Source: Limnochordia bacterium (GTDB taxonomy: Bacteria > Bacillota > Limnochordia > DTU080). Taken from it: a DNA stretch of 64,000 bases. Of the stretch, positions 1 to 7,975 are shown piece after piece. Position numbers and translations under genes: made by a program. Below the pieces are notes generated by a model. It was not told the DNA's origin. It searched no databases and saw nothing but the letters and a program-made list of their open reading frames with translations. The stretch spans positions 96,001 through 160,000 of the forward strand of contig JBMNJG010000012.1 in the NCBI GenBank assembly GCA_050951545.1, given 5' to 3'. Positions within the stretch are counted from its first letter, which is position 1. Each line of letters begins with the position of its first letter.

Positions 1-584
1 AGGTCGTGGGGACGGTCGAACTGCTGGGCCGCGCCGTGGAGGCGATGTGTAACGGGCGGATCGAGGAAGCGAATCAGCTTCATGAGAAGCTCGCCGCCGC
101 AGAGCACGACGCAGACATCATCCGTCGTGACATCATGGCCAAGCTGTCCCACGGATTGCTGCTCCCACCGGAACGTCAGGATCTGGTTAGGTTGGTGGGC
201 AGCATGGACGATGTCGCAGACCAAGCGCAGGGTGCTTCTCGTATCGTCGTCATCTTTGATGAGGCGCCAGAATTGTTCAAGGAGGATCTGATAGCCTTCA
301 CACAGTTGATCCAACGTGCCGTGCGCCATCTCGCGCAAGCCCTCGAGATGCTCAGTTCGGGTCAGACCGAAAAGGCTCTTGAGGCGTGTATGCAGGTGGA
401 GACCCTCGAAGAAGAGGGTGACCGACTCAAGCACAGCATCATGAAGAAGCTCTTCAGCCAGGACTTGCCAGCTCGTCTGCTTCTGCTACTTCATGATCTT
501 GTTGAGTCGATGGAGAACACCATTGATCGCGCAGAAGACTCTGCTGACCTAGTCAGGGTGCTTTCGGTAAGCCAGAAACGCTAG
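1..584 (+). CDS. DUF47 / PhoU-like phosphate transport regulator (5' end probably outside the window)
   Basis: Repeated motifs EHDAD..RR, ERQDL, DDVAD, EEEGD, DRAED; frame is open to the window edge. Confidence 0.85.
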   Translation, partial: VVGTVELLGRAVEAMCNGRIEEANQLHEKLAAAEHDADIIRRDIMAKLSHGLLLPPERQDLVRLVGSMDDVADQAQGASRIVVIFDEAPELFKEDLIAFTQLIQRAVRHLAQALEMLSSGQTEKALEACMQVETLEEEGDRLKHSIMKKLFSQDLPARLLLLLHDLVESMENTIDRAEDSADLVRVLSVSQKR

Positions 585-620
585 ACACGCGATGATGCAA
601 CGTCGTAGAAGGAGTGCCTG

Positions 621-2087
621 ATGTTGACCTACAGCAGTGAGGACAGGGCCATCCTGGCGCGTCATGTAACGAACATTGACGGGGACGTTTACGGCATAAC
701 AAACCTTCCTGAAGAGGTTGTTGCAGTGATCTTTGCTTATGTCTCGCGCAGCGACCGCTCGTTCAAGGAGAACCTGCTGCGGCTGATCAAGCAAGGGGAT
801 CTGCGCGAATATCCTGAAGACAGTGCTTCTGCAAGGTATGCATCGGCCGTTCAGCGAGCAAGTGAATTCCACTCACGCTGGGTGGTCTCCTATGGACATT
901 CTAGTGTGGCTGAGCATGCGGTAGCACATGTGGGTGTCGAGCGCATTTCGCGCCTTGCCTCCGCAGAACTAGAACTGGCGAATCCCTTCCTGTCGTTCAC
1001 CGAGTATAGCCAACGCTACCAGAAGCCTCGACGTGGGCACTTTTACGTGCCTAGCGAACTCAGTACAGACCTCGCCCAACGCTATAGGCAGGCGATGGAT
1101 GCTTTGTATGACATCTACGAGATGCTGTACAAAGGACTCGTCTCGTATCTTGACGGGACGCTGCCTGGGCTGGGGAATGAGACGCCTGCGGCGCGACAGG
1201 GACGCGTGGCTCGCTTGGCCTTCGAGGATGCCCGCTACGCTCTGCCCCTGAGCACTTTGACTAGTCTCGGCATGACTGGCAATGGCAGAGCATTGCGCGA
1301 CGCCATTGCTCTTCTCGGTGCTTCAACCGTCACGGAGATACGCCTTCTGTCAGAGAGGCTCACGGAAGAGATAACGAAGCTGCTTCCCACATTGCTGCGG
1401 CACTCTTCGCCTTCGGAGTACCAGTTGGGCTGGTACCGTTTGTGGCAGCAACTCGTGGATGGTTCGCAGCCTGTACATCCTGCAAAGCAGGGGGCACAAA
1501 CACAGCTTCTGGATTTCACTGGGCGGGGCACTCAGGATCCGGAAGAAACAGCTCTGCAAGTGATGGCTCAAGCCATGGCTGCTTCTGGGACGCCGATCAG
1601 CGACACTCGGAAGTATCTCCAGGTTGGCTTGGCCAATCTTGGTCCCCACGATGTCCCCCCCGCAGCTTTCCACTGGATTCGTTACGATTGCCTATTTACG
1701 CTATCCGAGGCAGCTTGGCACCAGCTTCTGCGCCACTGTCGTGGCATGCATTTCCAGTGGCGCCCGCCGGAGGTCAGCAATGGTTACACTGTGCCCCCAA
1801 ACGTCACCGCCGCTGGTCTTGATCATCTGCTTGATCGCGCTGTGGCAGTTAGTGCGGACCTCTACCATCTTCTGGAGTGTGAAGCCCCAGGGACGTCGAG
1901 CTATGCCGTCATTAATGCTCATCGACGTCGTGTACGTAGCGAATTTGATCTGCGGCAGCTCTACCACCTCGTAAACCTGAGGACAACGTCACAAGCGCAA
2001 TGGGATATACGCCGTGTCGTGACGCAGCTGTGGGATCAAGTGCTCGCTGTCCATCCCCAGCTTGCTAACCAGGCGCAGCGCACATAG
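621..2087 (+). CDS. thyX: FAD-dependent thymidylate synthase, tandem two-domain ThyX type
   Basis: YGHSSVAEH, SFTEYSQRY, EDARYALP, NGRAL; second domain with HQLLRH and LRT...AQWDIR; AAGGAG RBS. Confidence 0.8.
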   Translation: MLTYSSEDRAILARHVTNIDGDVYGITNLPEEVVAVIFAYVSRSDRSFKENLLRLIKQGDLREYPEDSASARYASAVQRASEFHSRWVVSYGHSSVAEHAVAHVGVERISRLASAELELANPFLSFTEYSQRYQKPRRGHFYVPSELSTDLAQRYRQAMDALYDIYEMLYKGLVSYLDGTLPGLGNETPAARQGRVARLAFEDARYALPLSTLTSLGMTGNGRALRDAIALLGASTVTEIRLLSERLTEEITKLLPTLLRHSSPSEYQLGWYRLWQQLVDGSQPVHPAKQGAQTQLLDFTGRGTQDPEETALQVMAQAMAASGTPISDTRKYLQVGLANLGPHDVPPAAFHWIRYDCLFTLSEAAWHQLLRHCRGMHFQWRPPEVSNGYTVPPNVTAAGLDHLLDRAVAVSADLYHLLECEAPGTSSYAVINAHRRRVRSEFDLRQLYHLVNLRTTSQAQWDIRRVVTQLWDQVLAVHPQLANQAQRT

Positions 2088-2139
2088 AATGAGGACCTGC
2101 TCTTAGGCAGGCCCCCAAGCCATGGTTGGCACTTCCTAT

Positions 2140-2175
2140 GCCCAACCGTAGCATAAGTAGTCTTGCCGGTTGGGC
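2140..2175. terminator. Hairpin between convergent thyX and thiI, possible bidirectional terminator
   Basis: GCCCAACCG...CGGTTGGGC inverted repeat; no strong U-tract. Confidence 0.4.
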
Positions 2176-2203
2176 TATTCCCTATGCGCGAGGGTGTCTG
2201 CAC

Positions 2204-3406
2204 TTATGTCAACGGGCCTCCCTGGTAGAGCGAGGCCGCAGGATGCGGTCGAGCTATTATCTTCTCCACCGATGCCAGGCAGGCTTCCACCATGCCTCGA
2301 ATGTCCAGCTTGGCTTCCGCCTTCTCCACCATCTCCGCGGAGGGGCGGGTTTCGGGATGCCTTGGCAGAAACAGCGTGCAGCAGTCTTCATAGGGCATAA
2401 TTGACGTCTCATAGGTGCCGATCCCGCGAGCCACCGCTGTGATCTCGCTCTTGTCATAGGTAACCAATGGTCGCAGAATGGGCGTCGTAGTCACCGCGTT
2501 GATGACGGCTAGACTCTCCAACGTCTGACTGGCTACCTGCCCTACTGATTCGCCAGTGATCAGAGCAGGTATGCCGTGGGCTGCAGCCAGTCGCGTGGCG
2601 ACTCGTAGCATGAGTCGGCGCATGAGCGTTATCATGAGCGCAGGTGGTGACTCTGCTTGCAGCTGCAACTGAGCCTCCGTTAGCCGCACCATGTATAATG
2701 GGATATCCCCCGCGTAGGCGGCCAGGATCTCCATGAGTTCAATGACCTTTTGCTGGGCACGTTCGCTGGTGTAGGGAACAGAGTGGAAGTGGATCCCCGC
2801 CAAGCGTATGCCTCGACGCATGGCTAGCCAACCCGCTACCGGGCTATCGATGCCTCCGGAAATCAGAAGTAACCCTTGGCTGCTTGCTCCCACTGGCAGC
2901 CCACCAGGGCCCTGTAGGGTCTCTGCATACACGTACCCCACATTGACCCGCACCTCTACGCTTACGGTCACCTGCGGGTTGTGGACATCAACCTTCATAT
3001 GTGGGCATGCGGCCAGAAGCTGGGCTCCCAGGCGGCTGTTGAGTTCTGGTGACGTGAGAGGGAAAGACTTGTCTGACCTGCGACTCTCAACCTTGAAGGT
3101 GACCCTCCCTGCACTTTCAGCCTTCTTTAGGACATGTTCTGCAGCCAAAGCGATCGCCTCATAGGTTGGCGTTACTGCTTGAGCTATGCTTGTCCCTACT
3201 ACTCCGAACACACGAGTTACGCGTGCCTGAATGGCGACAGTGTCTGCACCTTCGATACGATACCGTCCGTGTTGGTGCACGACCTTGGCGCCTGGTAAGT
3301 CACGTACCGCCCAACGCAAATTGCGCAGCAGGGCCTTCTCGAATCGCGGCCGATTGGCTCCCTTAAGCGCTATCTCACCGAACTTCACAATCACAACGTC
3401 TGTCAT
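2204..3406 (-). CDS. thiI: tRNA 4-thiouridine synthase ThiI (no rhodanese domain)
   Basis: GEIALKGANR, THUMP domain, SGGIDSPVA PP-loop, GESVGQVASQT, EDCC. Confidence 0.95.
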   Translation of the reverse strand: MTDVVIVKFGEIALKGANRPRFEKALLRNLRWAVRDLPGAKVVHQHGRYRIEGADTVAIQARVTRVFGVVGTSIAQAVTPTYEAIALAAEHVLKKAESAGRVTFKVESRRSDKSFPLTSPELNSRLGAQLLAACPHMKVDVHNPQVTVSVEVRVNVGYVYAETLQGPGGLPVGASSQGLLLISGGIDSPVAGWLAMRRGIRLAGIHFHSVPYTSERAQQKVIELMEILAAYAGDIPLYMVRLTEAQLQLQAESPPALMITLMRRLMLRVATRLAAAHGIPALITGESVGQVASQTLESLAVINAVTTTPILRPLVTYDKSEITAVARGIGTYETSIMPYEDCCTLFLPRHPETRPSAEMVEKAEAKLDIRGMVEACLASVEKIIARPHPAASLYQGGPLT

Positions 3407-4602
3407 GTCCAGTCCTCCTGAGAGCTACGGCCCCCCACATTCTTGCCTGAGCGTAGGCACTCCAGCACCCTACACAGCTTCGACACAGCTGTCTCTATCT
3501 CTTCTGCTGTAGTCATCGATGAAAGACCAAAACGTAGAGAAGCCGAACGCACTGTGTCAGCCACGCCCATGGCCTCCAGAACATGCGTTCCGGTGCGCCC
3601 GCTTCGGCGCGAGGAGCATGCGGCTCCTGTGGAGACAAACACGCCTTCTTGAGCTAGGGCTCTCGCCATCACCTCGGCCTGCATGCCAGGAATGGCCACG
3701 CTACAGATATGGGGCGCTGTGTGCTCGGGTGGCGGTCCGTTGATCACAGCTTCCGGCAGAGCTTCAGATAGGCACTCTATCAGACGCTGGCGCAGATGGG
3801 CCATGCGCCTCATCGCGGCCGTTCCACCTGTCGCAAGTTGCTCTACTGCTGCGCCGAACCCGGCGATCCCAGGAACGTTCTCCGTCCCCGATCTGAGGCC
3901 CCTCTCTTGCCCACCTCCGAGCAAGAGAGGTTGGAGGCGGACTCCTTCTCGTAGCCATAGCGCCCCACACCCCTTGGGGCCGTGGATCTTGTGGGCTGAA
4001 AGTGACAGCAGATCGACGCCCCAGGCTGCAGGGTTCACATCGATCTTGCCAAGAGCTTGCACCGCGTCAGTGTGAATGAGGCATTGCGGGTGCCGAGTGC
4101 GCACAGCCCTCACGATTTCTGCTATAGGCTGCACGCTGCCCACTTCGTTATTCACGGTCATGACCGACACAAGGACTGTCTCCGTACAGGTAGCTTCAGC
4201 GATGGCTTCAGGCAAAACTAGGCCGTGTTGATCTACACCCACCCGAGTGATGCGCCACCCCTGGCGTTCGAGCATCTCACAAGTGGCGAGCACCGCTGCG
4301 TGTTCGATGGCCGAAATGATCATATGCTTCCCGCGACGCTGGTAACTCTGGGCAACGCCTTGAATGGCCAGGTTGACAGATTCTGTCCCGCCAGAGGTAA
4401 ACACAAGGCTCTTGTCCGGAACCCCCAGGTAGGCGCCCAGTGTTCTTCTAGCCTTGCGCACCGTCTCTTCCGCAGCCAATCCCATGGCATGCAGCGAAGA
4501 AGGATTGCCGTAGACAGTGCTAAGTGCCTCTTGGACTGCCTCGCAGACTGCTGGTGTCGCTTGCGTTGTGGCTGCATTATCAAGATAGATCTCATACCCC
4601 AT
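3403..4602 (-). CDS. Cysteine desulfurase (IscS/NifZ type), overlapping the thiI start
   Basis: IYLDNAATT, SAHKIHGPKG, RSGTEN, STGAACSS; ATG at 4602 with GGAGG RBS. Confidence 0.93.
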   Translation of the reverse strand: MGYEIYLDNAATTQATPAVCEAVQEALSTVYGNPSSLHAMGLAAEETVRKARRTLGAYLGVPDKSLVFTSGGTESVNLAIQGVAQSYQRRGKHMIISAIEHAAVLATCEMLERQGWRITRVGVDQHGLVLPEAIAEATCTETVLVSVMTVNNEVGSVQPIAEIVRAVRTRHPQCLIHTDAVQALGKIDVNPAAWGVDLLSLSAHKIHGPKGCGALWLREGVRLQPLLLGGGQERGLRSGTENVPGIAGFGAAVEQLATGGTAAMRRMAHLRQRLIECLSEALPEAVINGPPPEHTAPHICSVAIPGMQAEVMARALAQEGVFVSTGAACSSRRSGRTGTHVLEAMGVADTVRSASLRFGLSSMTTAEEIETAVSKLCRVLECLRSGKNVGGRSSQEDWT

Positions 4603-4626
4603 GGATTGTTCCCTCCGAGATACTAG

Positions 4627-4658
4627 AAAGAAAGGAGACCGCACGGAGCGGCCTCCTT
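4627..4658 (-). terminator. Intrinsic terminator closing the exbB-exbD-tonB-Ig-SLH operon
   Basis: Minus strand AAGGAGGCCGC-TCCGT-GCGGTCTCCTT followed by TCTTTCT. Confidence 0.7.
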
Positions 4659-4695
4659 GACTACACAGAAGAGGCGTAGGCCCTCAGCCGCCGTG

Positions 4696-7600
4696 CTATG
4701 GGACCACGAAGACACCCAGGAGTGCTGATAAGGCAGCGGCCGTCCAAGCTTGGCTCTTAGTGCTCTTGATTTCCTTATCCACCTTGACCTGATTGGCCTC
4801 GTGCTGATGCTCAAGATCAGAAATCCTCTTCTCCATTGATCGCTCGCGAGCCAAGGCGGCAGTCAGATGACTTGCGAGCCCATCTTGTACGCGTTGATCC
4901 AGTTGAGCAAGCTGGTCATCTGATAGGCCAAGCCTACTCTCAGCTGCCAGCAGCTTGGCAGTAGCCTGATTCAGCTCACGCTGGGTCTGGGCAAGCTCCG
5001 TCTTCAGACCGTCTATCTGGGTCTGCAGGCCCGCAGCCAAGGCTGTTAGCGCTTGCTGGAATTGATTGGCCTGTTCCTCATTCTGTTTTGTCAGGGCAGC
5101 GGTGTCTGCCTCGTGCTTGGCCCTGAGTTCGTTCTCCCTACGCTGCATATCTGCCAGCTCAGCACCGAGGCGCTGAGCTAGAGCCTCATCTCTTGTCGCC
5201 ATGTCTTCCTGAAGAACAGCCAGCTGTTTGTCTTGGGCAGCAAGATGAGACTGGAGGTCAGTTATCTGTTCTTCTAAGGCCTGCAATGCAGCAGCTCGTG
5301 CAGTCGCTTCAGCGGTTAGGTCAGCTCTCTGCATAGACAGCTCGCGCCTCAGATTCGCGATTAGTCCATCCACCCTCTTGTTCTGCGATGCTATCTCATT
5401 GCTTAGTGTATCGCGAAGATCGCGATCCTGCGTGGCGAGATCAGACTGCAGAATAACGACTTGTGCCTCAATCGTCTCCAATGAAGACTCACAGGCGGCG
5501 ATTTCGGCATCAAAGTCGGCTCTTTGCGCGGACAACTCTTGTCTTAGATCCGCAAGGCTCCGCTCCAGCTTTCTGTCCTGAGCGGCCAAGTTCATTGACA
5601 GCTTACCCTCCAGAGCGAGATCTCGAGCTTCGATTTCAGACTGTAGCTCGGCGATCCGCGTCTCAAGTGTTTGAAGCGTTTGGGCACGGGCGAGAGTCTC
5701 CGTCTCTAGGGCTGTTCCCTGTGCAGCCAGTTCCTGCCTTAGGTCAGCGACATGTTTTTCCAGTTTATCTTCCTGAGCGGCCTGGCTTATCAGCAGCTTA
5801 CCCTCTAGAGCGAGATTCTGAGCGTAGGTGTCAGACTGCAGCGCAGCCACCTGAGCCTCGAGCTTCTGCAGGGCGACTGTCCGCGTGGCGGTCTCCGTCT
5901 CAAGATCTGTCTTCTGTGCAGCCAATCCCTGCCTCAGGTCAGCGACATACGAGTCTAGCTTTCGTTCCTGAGAGGCCAGGTTTGCCCCCAACTTGCTGTC
6001 CAGGGCAAGGCTCTGATCATCAAGGTCGGCTTGCAGGGCAGCGATCTGCGCTTCAAGCCTCTGTAGTGCATGCGCGCGGGCTGCGGTCTCCGTCTGGAGA
6101 CCAGTCTTCTGAGTCGCCAACTCTTGCTGCAGATCAGCGATCTGTTTCTGCATCTTACTATCCTGTAGGGCTACCTCGGTGCCTAGTTGGCCGCGAAGAT
6201 CCTTGTTCTGCTGATCGAGACTGGACTGCAACGCAGCGATCTGCGCCTCAAGCGTGTCTACCGCCTTCGTGCGAGTGACGGTCTCCGTCTCCAGGCCTGT
6301 CTTCTGTGCAGCCAACTCCTGCCTTAGTTCGTTGACACGGCTGTCTAGCTTCCTGTCCTGAGAGGCCAGGTTCATTCCCAGCTTGTCCTCCAGCACTAGA
6401 TTCTGAGCGCTAATGCCAGACTGAAGAGCGGCGATCTGGCTCTGCAGGTCCTTGTCTTGGGCGTCCAATGCAGACAGCTGTTGGTCCAGCGTCTGCAGGG
6501 CGCGTGTGCGGGCGGCCGTCTCCGACTCCAGGCCTGCTTTCTGTGCAGCGAGTTCTAGTCTCAGATCGGCGATATGCTTCTCTAGCTTCTTGTCCTGCGA
6601 GGCCACCTCACTGCCGAGTTGACCGCGAAGATCCTTGTTCTGGGCATCAAGGCTAGACTGTAGCGTTGCGATCTGCCCCTCAAGCTTCTGCAGTGCTTGT
6701 GTGCGGGCGGCGGTCTCCGTCTCTAGGCCTGTTTCTTGTATGGAAAGCTCCTGTTTCAGTTCGGCGACATGCTTGTCTAGTTTCCTGTCTTGAGAGGCCA
6801 CTCCAGACCCAAGACTGGACTCCAAGACAGCGAGCTTACTCTGCAGCGCCTGCAATGAAGCAGAACGCAGCTCGGTCTCTGAACTCAGGCTCTGTTTCTG
6901 AGCTTGCAGTGCCTGTTGCAGATCGAGAATCTGTGCATCATGGTCGCCTATGCTTCTGTTGAGACTCGATTCCATGGTGATAATGGAGTTGCGCATCTGT
7001 TTGGTATCTTGCTCCAGCTTGCTCAGCTGCCCGTCCAGTTGTCTGAGTTTCACTAACTGGTCTGAAGTCTGCTTTTCCAGGCTTCGCCAGCTCTGATCTT
7101 GCTCGAGCTTCACTCCTGCTGCCAGTGCCTGTGCCTCGCGGCGTATCGCATTCAGGTCGGCGACCAATTCGGCCTCTCGAACATCCAGGCGTTCTTTGAG
7201 GATCGACGTTTCCCCCTCCACTTGGCTCATACGCGTGGATAGGTTCCGGTCAATGGTCAGAAGGTTCTGGCCCACAGAGTCAACGTCACGACGCAGGTCG
7301 CGCGTTTGCGTACCCAGTGAGGCGTTTAGTGCAGCGTTGTCCGCTATCTGGCGCTGCAGGGCATCCGTGCGGGTCGACAGATCGCCAAAGGCTACAAGAG
7401 CCTCATTGATCTTCTCGTCAAGTGTGCTGAAGCGCCTGTCCGCTGCTTCGACATTGCGGCTGATCTTCTCTTGGGCCGCGTAATACTGGACCAACTCAGC
7501 CCGGTACTCATCAGTCAGCTTGCGAAGCAATTGCACATCGGTTCCGGTGGCGCCGACCGACGCACGGTCAAACTCTTCTAGCATCTGAGCTAGCACACTT

Positions 7601-7815
7601 GCGAAGGTATAACGATCCACAGGTTCGTTTCCCCGAAAAGCCCCGTCGGCTCCTAGGCTAAGATAACCTCGGCCGACGAGCGTGCGCACGGCGTCGTAGG
7701 CCCAGTGACCTAAAGGCACATCCTTAATGTCAGTAGACGCTGCGAAGGCAGCTGTTGACAGCAACACGAAAGACAAAAGCAAGTACCGGAGCACAAGACC
7801 TTTCCCGTTGTTCAT
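4696..7815 (-). CDS. Exported SLH-domain protein with very long repetitive coiled coil and C-terminal hydrophobic anchor
   Basis: Signal peptide (AFA/A), SLH motif DVPLGHWAYDAV..L..RG....DGAFRG, about 930 aa of heptad/hendecad pattern, C-terminus AWTAAALSALLGVFVVP. Confidence 0.85.
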   Translation of the reverse strand: MNNGKGLVLRYLLLSFVLLSTAAFAASTDIKDVPLGHWAYDAVRTLVGRGYLSLGADGAFRGNEPVDRYTFASVLAQMLEEFDRASVGATGTDVQLLRKLTDEYRAELVQYYAAQEKISRNVEAADRRFSTLDEKINEALVAFGDLSTRTDALQRQIADNAALNASLGTQTRDLRRDVDSVGQNLLTIDRNLSTRMSQVEGETSILKERLDVREAELVADLNAIRREAQALAAGVKLEQDQSWRSLEKQTSDQLVKLRQLDGQLSKLEQDTKQMRNSIITMESSLNRSIGDHDAQILDLQQALQAQKQSLSSETELRSASLQALQSKLAVLESSLGSGVASQDRKLDKHVAELKQELSIQETGLETETAARTQALQKLEGQIATLQSSLDAQNKDLRGQLGSEVASQDKKLEKHIADLRLELAAQKAGLESETAARTRALQTLDQQLSALDAQDKDLQSQIAALQSGISAQNLVLEDKLGMNLASQDRKLDSRVNELRQELAAQKTGLETETVTRTKAVDTLEAQIAALQSSLDQQNKDLRGQLGTEVALQDSKMQKQIADLQQELATQKTGLQTETAARAHALQRLEAQIAALQADLDDQSLALDSKLGANLASQERKLDSYVADLRQGLAAQKTDLETETATRTVALQKLEAQVAALQSDTYAQNLALEGKLLISQAAQEDKLEKHVADLRQELAAQGTALETETLARAQTLQTLETRIAELQSEIEARDLALEGKLSMNLAAQDRKLERSLADLRQELSAQRADFDAEIAACESSLETIEAQVVILQSDLATQDRDLRDTLSNEIASQNKRVDGLIANLRRELSMQRADLTAEATARAAALQALEEQITDLQSHLAAQDKQLAVLQEDMATRDEALAQRLGAELADMQRRENELRAKHEADTAALTKQNEEQANQFQQALTALAAGLQTQIDGLKTELAQTQRELNQATAKLLAAESRLGLSDDQLAQLDQRVQDGLASHLTAALARERSMEKRISDLEHQHEANQVKVDKEIKSTKSQAWTAAALSALLGVFVVP
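5250..6900 (-). repeat. Intragenic 195-bp (65-aa) tandem repeat, about 8-9 units
   Basis: GTCTCCGTCT-like anchors at 5696, 5891, 6086, 6281 (195 apart), 6518 (+237), 6713 (+195), 6875 (+162); degenerate units near 5501 and 5306. Confidence 0.9.
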
Positions 7816-7841
7816 GGCTGCACCTCTCCCCAGAAAATCGT

Positions 7842-7922
7842 GTTACGCTGTTCGGGCATGTCGGCGGCCTGCGATTTTCGCCAGCGATGGTGTCGGCAGT
7901 TACGCGTGGTTGGCCGCCGACA
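7842..7922. repeat. Intergenic structured element, copy A
   Basis: GCTGTTCGGGCATGTCGGCGGCCT...TTTTCGCCAGCGATGGTGT...ACGCGTGGTTGGCCGCCGAC, shared with the copies at 45526 and 57211. Confidence 0.85.
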
Positions 7923-7975
7923 CGCGCACTTCCTTGGAGAATCCTTCTGCACGATGCTGGTACCAGTTCTTTTCC

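Noticed and set aside
2204-4602. Cysteine desulfurase-thiI pair as part of the envelope operon
   Set aside because: Separated by a terminator and matches the known nifZ-thiI s4U module
4696-4760. SLH protein as OmpM porin or sortase substrate
   Set aside because: No C-terminal beta-barrel ending in Phe and no LPxTG or positively charged tail
5463-6278. 271-aa plus-strand ORF
   Set aside because: Antisense shadow of the repeat region of the SLH gene; no recognisable motifs
5250-6900. Regularly spaced DNA repeats as a CRISPR array
   Set aside because: Units are 195 bp, degenerate and in frame within one ORF; there are no unique spacers and no cas genes
7884-7921. GCGATGGTGT resembles the start of a fluoride riboswitch, and CTGGCGAA resembles ZTP
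   Set aside because: The fluoride-like match is antisense to the flanking genes and lacks the 3' motif; the ZTP 3' hairpin is absent; gene context fits neither
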